From: Selaginella moellendorffii
Lineage: Eukaryota; Plantae; Lycopodiophyta
Assembly (NCBI RefSeq): GCF_000143415.4
Contig: NW_003314377.1
Coordinates: forward strand, 375,285 to 439,284
DNA length: 64,000 nt
Direction of reading: 5' to 3'
Shown piece after piece: positions 38,601 through 50,671 of this stretch; position 1 is the stretch's first letter; the number at the start of each line of letters is the position of its first letter. The notes below the pieces were generated by a model that saw only the letters and a program-made list of their open reading frames with translations, had not been told where the DNA came from and searched no databases. The translations under genes and the position numbers were made by a program.

Positions 38601-40612
38601 GTGATGAATGATGGGATAAAGTGAAAGTGATAGATCCAGAAAACAATTGAGAACTCACCAAGAAATCATAAAAGCTCATATATGAAAAAAGTTGATGCAA
38701 CCTTGTGGCTGAAATCCAAGCTGGAACCCATGCACCAAGGTAGTAAAACCTGAAGACAAAAGAGAAGAGGTGAAAGAAAATGGGGAAAAAAGAAAAAAAA
38801 AAAAAAAGTCATTACATAGTGGCGATGATTATGAGCATGTGGAAGCTCATGGCCAATTTTATTGGCGAGCACATATGAACCACCCTCCACTTAGCACTAG
38901 ATGAAGTAGAGGCTAAGCCACTGTGAAGAAAATTTGGAGGACAAAGTGAACTTTTTGAGAAGAACAAGTTGTTCAGGAGAAAAGATGATTAAACTAGGAA
39001 CTTTGGAGTCAATGTCTGCCTTGGTTTGCTCAATTGAAGCCCTACATTGCTCGTCAAGGGCAAGGATCTTCATGTCACGAGCATGAAGCTTGTCCATGTT
39101 GGAAAGTTGGAAGTTTGTAGTATGGCACAAAGATAGCGCAAGCAATAATACTTGGAAATCTATGAAAGTACAAGTAGTCTAATCAAATAAAGAGGCTGGG
39201 CTACTCTCACTCATAATTGTTGTTCCCACTCCAAAGGTCACGGACACCATAGAATGCACGTGCTTCATTGGAGTACCATGATGAAGGCTCTAAGACTAAG
39301 CTGCAATTGAGAGGAGATCCTCCACATAAGGTCCACGCTTGAAAAGAAATGATGTCATCAGAAGAGCCTCTACTAGGAAGATTGGCGACTCTTGAAGTTG
39401 GCCATCACTCTGATCAAACTAATTGTGAAAGCCTGTGTAAATAGTATTGCACTGGAACATGTTGAACTCAGGCTGTGATGGATCTTCGATCAACTCAAGA
39501 AAGATAACAATCAGCGAGTGGGGAAAAGGTGTCAAGGAAGATAATATTGGCTCGAAGGATATTGATTGGCTTTGAGATAGTCCTGGAGGCTATTCTTGAA
39601 GCTTTCCCAACAAAGAGTGTCCACAAGCATTATAGAAACAAGAAGTTCAGTGATTGTCGCTAATCTCTATTATGCCGAGTGACCAATTTGTGATGCCTCA
39701 AACCTAATCATGCCAAACTTGTCCAATGATGAGGGAGTCCTTCAAAGGTGTGGAGCTGAACTTTTGGTAGTTTACCACCACAAAGTTCAAAAAAGATTCC
39801 ACCCCATTAATGTAAACTCGAACACTACATCAAATGCCCGTGGGGATAACAATGTAGTTTGCAAACATCTTTAGGATCAGAGTTGTGCTTCTAGAGACTT
39901 GAAAACCTGCTCTTGTGGCTGAAGTGATCACATTGCTCCCAAATCCAAAATTGACAAAAGCATTGATGATGGGAGAACTATCGCCAAAGCCTATAGGTGC
40001 AAAAATTGCATCTAGATTAGAAGAGGAGGCTATGTCAATGATGTGCACATCCAATAGGAAAGAGGCTATGGCGTTAGTAGACCTTGTAAAGTCTTTTAGA
40101 TGCTATCTAAAGCTAGGAATCATACATGAAAGCTCACACCACAAAAAGGTGACAAATGTTTCCATCAATTGTTGAAGTGCACACTCCAAGTCCCTACCAA
40201 AGAAAGGTGCAAGATATCTGGGAAGGAGAGGCGTGAATGGGAGTTTGCATGCCACCTTTAGTGTTGGATTAGTGATTGCTGAAGGAGTTGGATTGCCATC
40301 AATTTTCTCTTGATTAGTTGTTTTCTTCTTTTGTGCTCATGTGGCTATTGTCTTTGCAAACTCTTCCTTGGGATCCTGATTGCATTGAGTTGTCCCATTA
40401 GAGATTTTCCTTTGTTGGAAGATGACGAAGGTACATCCTCGATTGCATGCTGCTCAAGCTGTTGTTAGTAGTGATCCTTCACTTGTGTTATAGTGCTATT
40501 ATCAGTGAATGGTTGCTCTTGGACACATTGAAAACGTGGTTGTCACAACTCTAGATAAAGCTTCCAACACCTCTCTATAGTGTGAGTTGTGATGTTGCAA
40601 TGGGAGCAATAC

Positions 40613-43025
40613 TGTAAGCGACTAAGGTTTCCATTTTACTTTAGTCATTTAACCGCACCTCCGACCACTTGGAGGAGTCTCATTCACAACCTCCATAAGT
40701 CCCAGTTAGGACTTGGGGCTTGCTAGCCCCGAGAATAGCATCCATGCCACTTAACCTTTGCACTTGGTCCAAGTGCTCCACGTGTCTGATCAGGCACCAC
40801 CGACATGTCGGCCTGTTACATTAAGGCCATGCCCATTCACCTTGGTCACACCGGTGGTCTAATGCCACTTGCATTATAGTCCCGTCTCTCAAAGACTGGG
40901 CCATCCGTCCGTGAGTGATCATCCCAGATTTACTCCTTAACATCCTTAGGATGCCCGCAGACATGGGGAATAGCCTTCCCCGACAACTCTTTTCCAGTCC
41001 CCACCAAGTCCCTTTCTGTCCATGGCCATGTTCGCCATTGAGGAAGGGCAGAATGAGTAGAGTATAGACCTTTGATCAAACGATCATAAGCTAGAGCTTT
41101 CTCCAGGAAGAAGGTCAAAGGTCAAAGCGATCAGTCCTTATGAACACTGCCACTAGATCAAGGCTCGCAGGCTCGACCTCTAAATCCCACTATCCTTTGG
41201 GATTTCTTCACCATGTGACCGTATCCTTGGTCACTGCACTAGAGGACTGCTCCTCTTCCCTTTCACCGTTTGGGACTTTGGGACAACATTTCGGAACACC
41301 GTGGCCTTACGCAAGCCTCATGGGTACTCTCCCTACCTTTCGCCTTTAAGTGCTCTAGCCATGGGCTTAGAGTTAGGTTCCGTTGAGCCACGCTAGGTAT
41401 CCAAGTAGGTAGTGCCACCCACACTTGGATTGGGAGCATCGGCCAGTCGATCTCCCGGGGGAACTATAGCTGGCTCTTGAACACTTCACCAAGCTACCCC
41501 ACTTATCGGTCTGCGTTCACTCTAGTCTTGGACTTCCCAGTGGGCAGCTCATCACCCAACACTGGGTATAGCCTTCCTGGGCCAAATTGGCCTTTCCTAG
41601 CCCAACTGGCTCCACTGCAGTCCTCCCCCTTAATATACTTTTGGAGCTCACCAAACCCCCCAGGGTCTGGGAGACGAACACTTTGGGCTTTCACCCTCTC
41701 AGACTCGAACTCGGACTTGGACTCGGACTTGGACTTGGAGTTAGACTTGGACTCAAACTCAGACTCGGGCTCGGGCTCGGTCTCGGCCTCTGTCTCGGTC
41801 TCGGTCCCGATCTCGGTCTTGGTCTTGGTCCCGGTCTCGGTCTCGACTTCAGACTCCATCTCGGGTCCATCTCGGACTCCATCTCGGGTCCATCTCGGAC
41901 TCCATCTCGGGTCCATCTCGGACTCCATCTCGGGTCCATCTCGGACTCCATCTCGGATCCATCTCGGACTCCATCTCGGATCCATCTCGGACTCCATCTC
42001 GAACTCCATCTCGGGTCCATCTCGGACTCCACCTCGGACTCCATCTCGGACTCCATCTCGGGTCCATCTCGGACTCCATCTCGGGTCCATCTCATACTCC
42101 ATCTCGGACTCCATCTGGGACTCCATCTCGGACTCCATCTCGAACTCCATCTCGGGTCCATCTCGGACTCCATGTCGTGTCCATCTCGGACTCTTCCACG
42201 TGTCATGTTTTGGTCCTCTTGTGTCTCCTTTTCTAGAGACTCACTCATGGCTCGCCTTGTGCTTTTTCCTCGAGCACTTCGTTGGGAGTTCCACTCCCGC
42301 TCTTGACTTTTCAAGTCGGAGCTTTTGGTCCAAACATGTTATGCTTGTTTGGCTTTCGCTTCGGCCACTACCATGTGGCACCCTTTCGGCTCCACTTTGG
42401 GGCCTATGGATTTTGTGTCTCACAACTCCACCACCCATAGACGAAGTTTGATGTCCTCATTGAACGATGAACCAATTGATAAAGTAATACCAACATGTAT
42501 TACCCTTCCCATCCTTGGCACCTAGCTAATATTTGTCTATGGTTTGACACCAAAGGCTCACCATGCCTTGTCCATCCTCTAAGGGGCATAGCCTTTCCAA
42601 CTTAGAGGTTCATTCAACCATTTGTGGTGGTTCTCTCCTTTTATTGGTTTAGTTCTCGCTAAACCTGTTAGAGACACCTTTTCTAACTCAATCCCACTAC
42701 TCATTCTCGAGTGGTCTCACTTTCCATCGATATAACCCTTGCACTTTGGAACTTTTAATTCTGACTTCTCGAAGTCAATTTCTTAGGTGTCTCCGACACT
42801 TTGCATTGCACATATTGTGCAACTCCACTTCCCCATCCTAGGAAGTTCTCTACTTGAGGGCAACATCATCCTCTCTTCGATTTTTTGCCACCTTTGGCAC
42901 TAGGTTTCAGTTATCGTAATTCGTGCTATGGTTGTCCATGGCCCTATCATTTGGCTACTTTACCACTCCATCCCTTGGAGCTTCCACCTTCACCAAATCG
43001 GAGCAATTGGGAACCTATCTTTGAT
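40613..43025 (-). mobile_element. Family C element end: 3' LTR (40613-42424), PPT and ~600 bp internal sequence, truncated at the TIR transposon
   Basis: TGTAAG...CTCACA termini; reverse-complement PPT ACTCCACCACCCAT at 42425; 42425-43025 mirrors ~62730-63324. Confidence 0.85.
41700..42192. repeat. 12-bp minisatellite (TCCATCTCGGAC/TCCATCTCGGG) plus 6-bp CTCGG(A/T) run inside LTR C
   Basis: Directly visible; also at ~30665-30860, ~59118-59470 and ~63555-63918. Confidence 0.9.
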
Positions 43026-44648
43026 GCTCTATTTCGTTAAAGTGGGATTTATTCAGTAAAATGGGACTAGGTACAAATTTTCAAGTATTTGAAAATGACG
43101 TGAAATTATATGTTTTTTGTCCAGGGGCTAGACATATCTGGGGCATGGTGACTAGCGCGGTGACTTTATGTCCAGACTGAGTCCATCTGGTTGTATAATA
43201 AATCTCATTGTCAAGGTGAACAAGCCGAATCTGAAGCTAAAGAAGAGCGATGGCATGCGCGCACACACTATTTGTTTGTTCATTGAGCGTGTGGTGAGCT
43301 TTCCAAGATGAACGTCATTCCTATTAGCCAGACATATAACTTAATGGTAAGAACATTTAGATATTATTCAATGTTATCTTTTTCTAACGAATCTAATTGT
43401 GAAGGTGTAGCAAGAGGCATTGCTAGTCTGGAGAAGTCATTTAACTCATTTGACCCTTAGTGTATTTTCATGAAACTAAATAACATTCATATTATTAAGG
43501 AATTTCTCTAGTACCTTTTTTTTACGACATAGAGGCTTGCATTTCTTTCAAAGGTGATTTAGTAAAAGGCCTGAGGGCACATGCCATTCTATTTCTCAGA
43601 CCGGTATTAAAATATACTAGTGCAAAGGGAAAAAGGTATTTGGTGATCAAGTAAATGGCATGAGGGCACACGCCATTATAAGCCTAAGCGCTAGTGGACA
43701 CCTCCTTTTTGGTACTCTCAGCGGTACTATCATCCTTCTCCGGGTCAGTTGTTTTGCTTTGGATTGTTGTCTCTGACATTACTGGGGCGTTCACGATAGT
43801 TGTTAATGTTGCCGTTTGTTCAGAAAAATGATCACCTGGAGTATAGTACGGGGAGTTTGGAAGACTTATATATTCTACATCTTCACCTATCTCCTTCTCT
43901 GTCTCCTTTTCTGCCTCACTTACAGATTTGTGCTTGCCATGAGAACGCTCTTCACCCTAAAATATGGAGTTCGTTGTGTTATAAAAGGAAACCAACACAC
44001 ACGCTGCAAGGGAATGATGGTACATAAAGCATGTAAGCCCACAATATGGGTTTATGTGCCATTAATATGGGCCACACGCCATATTATTAGATTTATGCAC
44101 GTGTGATTGGTAAATGCATATGTCACATCATCTTTGTTTTACCTCACACACTATATCAGGCCTAATGAACCATATCACATGTGCGCACATGCTATATATA
44201 TGGAGAAGTATTATGCAAGGATATAAATTCAATGCATGATTGTGGAGAGCAATGGCATGAAGCCACATGCTAAATAACATTTTAGAGAAAGAATTAAAAT
44301 AGAAACATGCAAACAGTACTGAGTGGACCAAGACTTAGAAGTGCACAATTGAATGAGGTATTTCTAATAAATATTTCACTCATCACTCACCTCATATAGG
44401 AATGGCTACCACTCTCAAATGGCGTATCGCCTCATGCCATCACCTCGCAATTTGTTATAACAATCCGATGAATTCATATTCGGCTTGTTCACCTTGAACT
44501 TTAAGTAAGATTTGCTAGAACAACTAAGAATTTATACTTGTTATTTGTATCATCTCACCATAAGGCCACATGCCATCACGCCTCCTCTGATTCAGATTCG
44601 GATTGTTCACCTTGAAATAAAATACATTAGAAACTTAGTAAAGGAATA

Positions 44649-47600
44649 TTAATGAATCTCACCTTGAACCCGGGTTATGAATGCTCTTGTTGCATCTCTT
44701 GCATGGTCTGGCAAGGTGATGGTGGCATTCTGCTTCCGCATCCAACCATGCACAACATTATCCACCGATATGCTCATGCTGGGATCCCTTGGATTCAGCA
44801 CCCATCTCTTTTCTAGGCAATCCTTCGTATATCTGGAACTTGGCTTGAACCACTCCACAGTTACATTGAAGGAGTTAGTTTCCGCGTCCTCCTCTGCATC
44901 AGTGATGCAGCGCCCCACCCATATCATTTGTTTCTTATTACTGGGTCTAACAAGCACGACCATTCCTTTGTAGACCTGTACTGGATTGAATGCTGAATCC
45001 GGCTTCTTGTTCCTCGGCCCACAATAGTGATCCTCAACATCGTTATCTGTCACTGCATTTCCAGAGGACATTGTTTCGCTACTATCTGGTGCTCTGGGTT
45101 CTGGCCAAAAGGACTCTTCCAATTCTTCATATACAACCGGCCCATTTTGGATAGCAGATATAATCTTCTCCCAGTATTCGAGCAAAGGCTTGCACCTCTG
45201 AAAATAGGATTCTCCACCAAACACCAACCCCCTCTTCCAGAAGGCAATATGCTGTCTAATCCCGGCCACTATACTTTCCTGGTCTTTGAGTCCATCCAGG
45301 TGCATCGGCCGTGGGGAACCCTGAGGAATCATAGGTTCCCCAGTTATGGGATCTCTCTTGAAGAGTTCAATGCCGTCCACTGGCAGCCACACTGTGTCCC
45401 ATTCTCTCATCTTGTACCTCATCACTGGAGCACCGTCATGCATGCTGAAATGAAACTGAAGAGGCTTGGAGTGGCCAATCAGCATTTCGGATCCGTCCCT
45501 GATGTAGCCTCTTACAAACCCCTTAAAGTCTGGAACCTCTGTCACAAGTGCAGCTTCAACAGTGCCTTTGATGCAATTTTGGAATTCATCGTAGAGTTGT
45601 GGGAGGGTGAGGACATTGGATCGCCGGAGGGACTCTGCCAGGTGACTGAATATGGCATCGACGTCTTCATGAGTGTGCCCAACCATGAGAAAGCCAAGTG
45701 TAACCGTTTCAAATATGCCTTTGGCAACAAGCATTGCCAAGTACGCGAAGACGTACATGTTTTTGTTCTCACTGCCAGCATTGTCTGTTTGGAGCAGAAG
45801 ATGGGGTGGAAGGCCATATCGGCCGCAAGAACTTCCTTGAGATTCTACTTCGTTTGGATGAGGCTGTGCATTCACCGGGGACCAGCCTCGTCGGAATGGC
45901 ATGAGGCCTCACGTGATAACCCTACAACATATTCACTGGGATGGCATGGGGCCCCACGCGATACTGCAAGCCTTTGCTCCTCCTCCAGCTGAACCCTGTA
46001 TGGGGTTCAATCGACAAGGGCCTTATGCAAGGGTTGGCCGTTCAGCTCAGTCTGCACACTTTGCAGAGACCTTAAGTGTTTTGCTAGGGACACAATCATC
46101 ATGTTTGCACCCCCGCCACCCCATAGAGGTACAAAGAAGTTCCCATAGTTCTGGGCACCATGCCCATGAGCGATTATGCCAAACAGAGACACAGGCAGCT
46201 GCATGGATGAAGAGATTGCCTTGGGGGCAGGATTGAGTCGAGGTAAGCACGTCTTTTTCTGGTCCATTTTGTCGTGGATGATGCAGAGGTAAGAGTCAGG
46301 TCTCTCCATGGAGAGAATCCTGTTATGATAATATGCAGTCCTGCAGCTTCTCTGCTCGATGTTGTGGTCGAGCCGCCTTCTAACCAACGTCTCTCGCTCT
46401 TGAGCGCTGCAAGAATTCTTCGACAAAGCCATTTTGATAGCAGTGCACTCGTCACACTTTGAAAAGATGGAGTACTTTCCTATACTCACATCCCTGAACC
46501 TGTTGCTCCACAATCTACTAAATCTAGATTGGCTCAGCTTCCTGTAGCCATTACTCTGGAGTTCCCGATTCACATCTTCCAATATGGCCCCCTTGGTATA
46601 CATGGAAGGGAGAACTCGTTGGGTGTCTCGTGTTCCATCTTCCAAGAGGCGGGTTTTATGTGGTTGCTACTCGCTACATGTCTCAACAAACCTCCTGAAG
46701 ATGCCTCTCCATNNNNNNNNNNNNNNNNNNNNNNNNNNNNNNNNNNNNNNNNNNNNNNNNNNNNNNNNNNNNNNNNNNNNNNNNNNNNNNNNNNNNNNNN
46801 NNNNNNNNNNNNTGTTCCTCGAACTCAGTTTTGATTCTGTAGAATGTGGTTCGAGGGACTCCATAAATGATTCTCCATGCCTTCATGCAGACCAAACCCC
46901 TCTGGAAGACCATGCCCCCCACCTGATGTTCTGAAGCATCAACAGATGACCGTAATGCCTCATACACAAAATTGCGAGCTGCCTTCCAGGACAATGTCTT
47001 GTATCTTGCTCTCTCCTCTTCAATAGCATCCCAATCAGCATGTTGACAGCACCTCCTCTTGCAACAAGCAACTGTCGAGACCATTCGAACCTCCATCGCC
47101 ATTTTCTGCCTTTTCGGTTCGTTGCTCAGATCCCTTTGGCTGCGCTTTAGGAAGGTGTACTTTCTTTTCCCATGAAGAGATGTTCTGTCATCAGTTGTAG
47201 TGGTGTTTGATTGTGAATCCTTCACATTCTCAAACACTAAGTGCCTCAATTTCCACCGCACAATGCTTCCAATAGTCAGACTGTTTTCTTCTGTGTCAAC
47301 AACCTCTAAAATCACAACTCCAATATCATCCCAGCCCAATTCTTGATTAGCAACCGCATCTCTTGGATCGACAACTGTGGCTAAGCCCTCAGCTACCACC
47401 TCCCCCTCGGGGTTGTTTAGAAACACCTTTGCCTGAATCCATGTAGCACGGTTTTTAAGATCCACGGAGGGAACATGCGTCGCACTTGCGCTGTCCCCAA
47501 CATCTGCTTTCTTCTGAAGATTTTTCAAGGCAACAACAACATTTACCCCGACGACCATCTCTCCTTGTTCAATAGCGACCACATTCCCATCGAAGACAGT

Positions 47601-47741
47601 CTCTACTGATACAGCAGCATTGCCTTCCCCAAGCCTTTGACAGTGTATAACAAAGTTCCGATCCATAGACACAAGGGTCCCTTTTGCAACTCTCTTCCCA
47701 CCATTCAAAATGTAAACCTTTTCCCCAACCCTGAAGGCCAT
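44649..47741 (-). pseudogene. Sola-like (DUF7869-type) DDD transposase, disrupted
   Basis: CCKRRC, FSKCDEC, IIHDKMDQKKTCLPR, LQTDNAGSENKN, FLMVGHTHEDVDAIFS; in-frame stops near 46667 and 46007 and a frame change near 45900; spans the N gap. Confidence 0.75.
46713..46812. other. Assembly gap (100 N)
   Basis: Run of N. Confidence 1.
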
Positions 47742-49072
47742 TCTGAAAGTGCAGAAAAGAAGTTAAGACCATACAAAAAATGATTGGAGAATGGCCTAAA
47801 TCATAACATACCAAACAACCTCAATAGCATGAGGCCACATGCCATTATTCAAACATGCTATTGACACCCACGTGAAATTTCACATTCACAAAATTGGCAT
47901 GAGGCCTCATGCCATCTTGATATACACACAGCTGCAGGCAAGTAAAAACATACATGACAATACGCTAGCCATGAAATTGCAAGGGCCCAAGATGGCATGT
48001 TGCCTCATGCCATTTCTAAATGTGGTCCTAAGCCATTCCATGGTGAACATACCAGGAAGCACAAGTGCCGAATATCAAGAGGAAGCGGTAGCCACACCAA
48101 AGACAGTGCCGCTCACAACACCGCAACTACTCGTAGCGCCGCTCGCAACACCGCAATTGCTCGTAGCGCCGCTCACACAAACTGCCACTCGCATAAACTG
48201 CCGCTCGCAATGGCGCTCGCAATGCCGCAACCGCTCGTAGACGCATAAACCACAGCCCACAACGCCGCTTACACAAGCAGCGCTCACTGCGCTTAGCGGA
48301 ACCAAGAACACGGCGCACAAAAATGATAGACCTAGGAATGAGTTCGAGAATTCAAAAATAACACACGCTTGAACATCACATCAAATCCTCTGACAAACTA
48401 GATCTTATGATTCCTCTGACAAATTTCAAACTGAGTAGCTTTTAGACTTTGCTGTCGGAGGTTGAACTTTGTCACATCATGTCCTTGCCTCGATCCAGCT
48501 GTGCCATGTCAGTGATTCGAACTTTGCCATGCCATGTCAGCGATCCGCGCCAAGATTATTCGCCGTGTAAAGGAATAATTATGCTGTGTGTGTACGTCCA
48601 TTTATGGCAATATAAGGCCACACGCCATTCAAAGAATAATGCTCGACATAAGCCCACACGCCATTCAAAGAATAATGCTAGTCGAGCATTTTTTGGTGCA
48701 TTTTTGGGTTCAAAATTGCATGAGCCCACACGCTATAAAGTTTACCTGTACCAAAAATAGAAACAGCTTTATTTACTTGGGAATTTAAGTGGTTGAGGCA
48801 TTTTTAAACTTACAAACACATGCCCTACTTACATTCCTTTCATTGCTTAAAATTCAAAAATATTATAAACCTTTCTTTTTGCATTTTCAATGTTTTCAAT
48901 TATGGTTTTTGATTTTCGTAGGACCAGCCTAGTAATCTATTTGCATCCCGTCATGTTTATAGCTAGCTTTCGTTTGTCCCCTTCGCTAGCCTGAGATACA
49001 TCTGCTCGGCATCTGCCTCTTATAGCATTTGCCCAGAAAGGGCATCTTTCTTCACGCAGCATTTGCCACATG

Positions 49073-49098
49073 TTTAGGGTTTAGGGTTTAGGGTTTAG
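49073..49098 (+). repeat. Short interstitial (TTTAGGG)3 tract / telo-box cluster
   Basis: tttagggtttagggtttagggtttag in the intergenic region between the two divergent transposon genes. Confidence 0.7.
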
Positions 49099-50671
49099 CA
49101 ATTCAGTAGCTTGATAAACATGCAAATACAGAACTTGATGCAAAATCCTTTGATATGTCACAATGCCCCTAGGACCATAAACACATTTCAATAGAGAGGG
49201 TCCTTTCATTTCATAACTCCTTACGTAGATCTTGGTGAAACCAGAGTTAGTGAAGTTAGTTTCTTGTGATCCCGCATCTGATTGTGATGTCCCTTTGCAG
49301 TGTCGATGGAAATGTCAATGCACACCAAACTGTAAAATCTTGGAGCAAAATAACGGTCGGATCTATGGCAAATGCCCCTAAAACATTGTAAGGCTCGTGT
49401 GGTCTCATGTGGTGTCCGATCGAGATGCTTCTTTGCAGGGTCATCAAGAAAGACATTGTATACCATTCTGTAAAATCTAGTTGCGATCTAATGGTTGGAT
49501 CTCCAGAAAACTCAAAAAAATCTCGCGTGTGTCAGAATATTCTAGGAATATACTCCTATGTGCCCCTGAAAATGGCATGCGGCCCCACGCCATTCAAGAG
49601 ATAACGCCAGATGACGCCGAGAATTTTTTGGTGCATTTTTTGGGTTCAAAATTGCATGAGCCCACACGCTATAAAGTTTATCTTTGCCAAATAGAGAAAA
49701 GTTTATCTGTGTCATGTGAGGTAGTTACAGTCCTTTGTGCTTGGCATCTGCCTCTTGCAGCATTTGCACTGAAAGGGAATTTTTCTCCATTCAGCATTTG
49801 GCCCTGAAAATGGCATGCGCCCACACGCCATTCAAGGAATAACACCACAGGACGCCTGGATTTTTGGGTTTAAAATGTTTAGGGTTTTTTGGGTTTTTTC
49901 AAAATATTTTGGGTCCAACGTTTTTTGGGTTTCTTTGGTTCAAAATTGCATGAGCCCACACGCTATAATATTGATTTGAGAGAAAAATAGAAACAGATAG
50001 AATTTCTTTATTTAGCTGAACATCTGCCATTTTTGGAAATACAAGATGCTTTGGAATATCCAATCATGCATGGTATAAATATAGCGAGGGTATTAAATGA
50101 TATCCCAATCATGATCTTTCTTTTGGATTTCGCGTGCATGCAGTCCGAGGAATGATGACATTGCGGATTTCTTTTGGATTTTGCGTGCTTGCATGCGCGC
50201 GGCAATCCAGAAATTAATGGTGGCGCCCAAGTCCGAGGAATGATGACGTGGCGGGATTACCAACCGTTGTGACATTTCGCGCGTGTGAGGTTAGGTTTTG
50301 CATTTTGCTTCGTACTCGCACTCGCACACTCGCGCTCGCATCGCGCTCCCACTCGCGATCACGCTCACATTCGCGCTCTACAGGTTTCTCGTGTGCATCG
50401 GCGTCCACTCGCGCTTGCATCACACTCGCGCTCACATCGCGCTCGTGTGCATCGGCGTCCACTTCAAGACACACCCAGTTTGTAACTTCGCCGCCAACTC
50501 CGCCGCCCACTCCGCCACCCACACGCAGCCCACTTGGCGTCCCGGGAGATTTCAGCGCCACTCTCCAACTGTAAGTGGCAGAGTAGCCTTGCTGCTACGA
50601 TCCGCTGCACACACAGTGCACATTCGCCAGCGAGTCCGGCCTCGATTGTCACGGCCTCCATTCGGCTTCAA

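Noticed and set aside
38880-40610. Possible decayed LINE or other coding remnant
   Set aside because: Looks coding-like, but I could not find a convincing motif
41700-42192. CRISPR-like array from the 12-bp repeats (also at 59.2 and 63.6 kb)
   Set aside because: Head-to-tail minisatellite with no unique spacers, inside an LTR; no cas genes
41477-42451. Long ORFs over LTR C repeats (also 58871-59737, 63311-63951)
   Set aside because: Open in several frames only because the 6/12-bp repeats lack stops; low-complexity translations
45027-45992. 321-aa plus-strand ORF
   Set aside because: Antisense shadow of the transposase with no recognisable motifs
49073-49098. True telomere or fusion scar
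   Set aside because: Only three units, internal to a transposon
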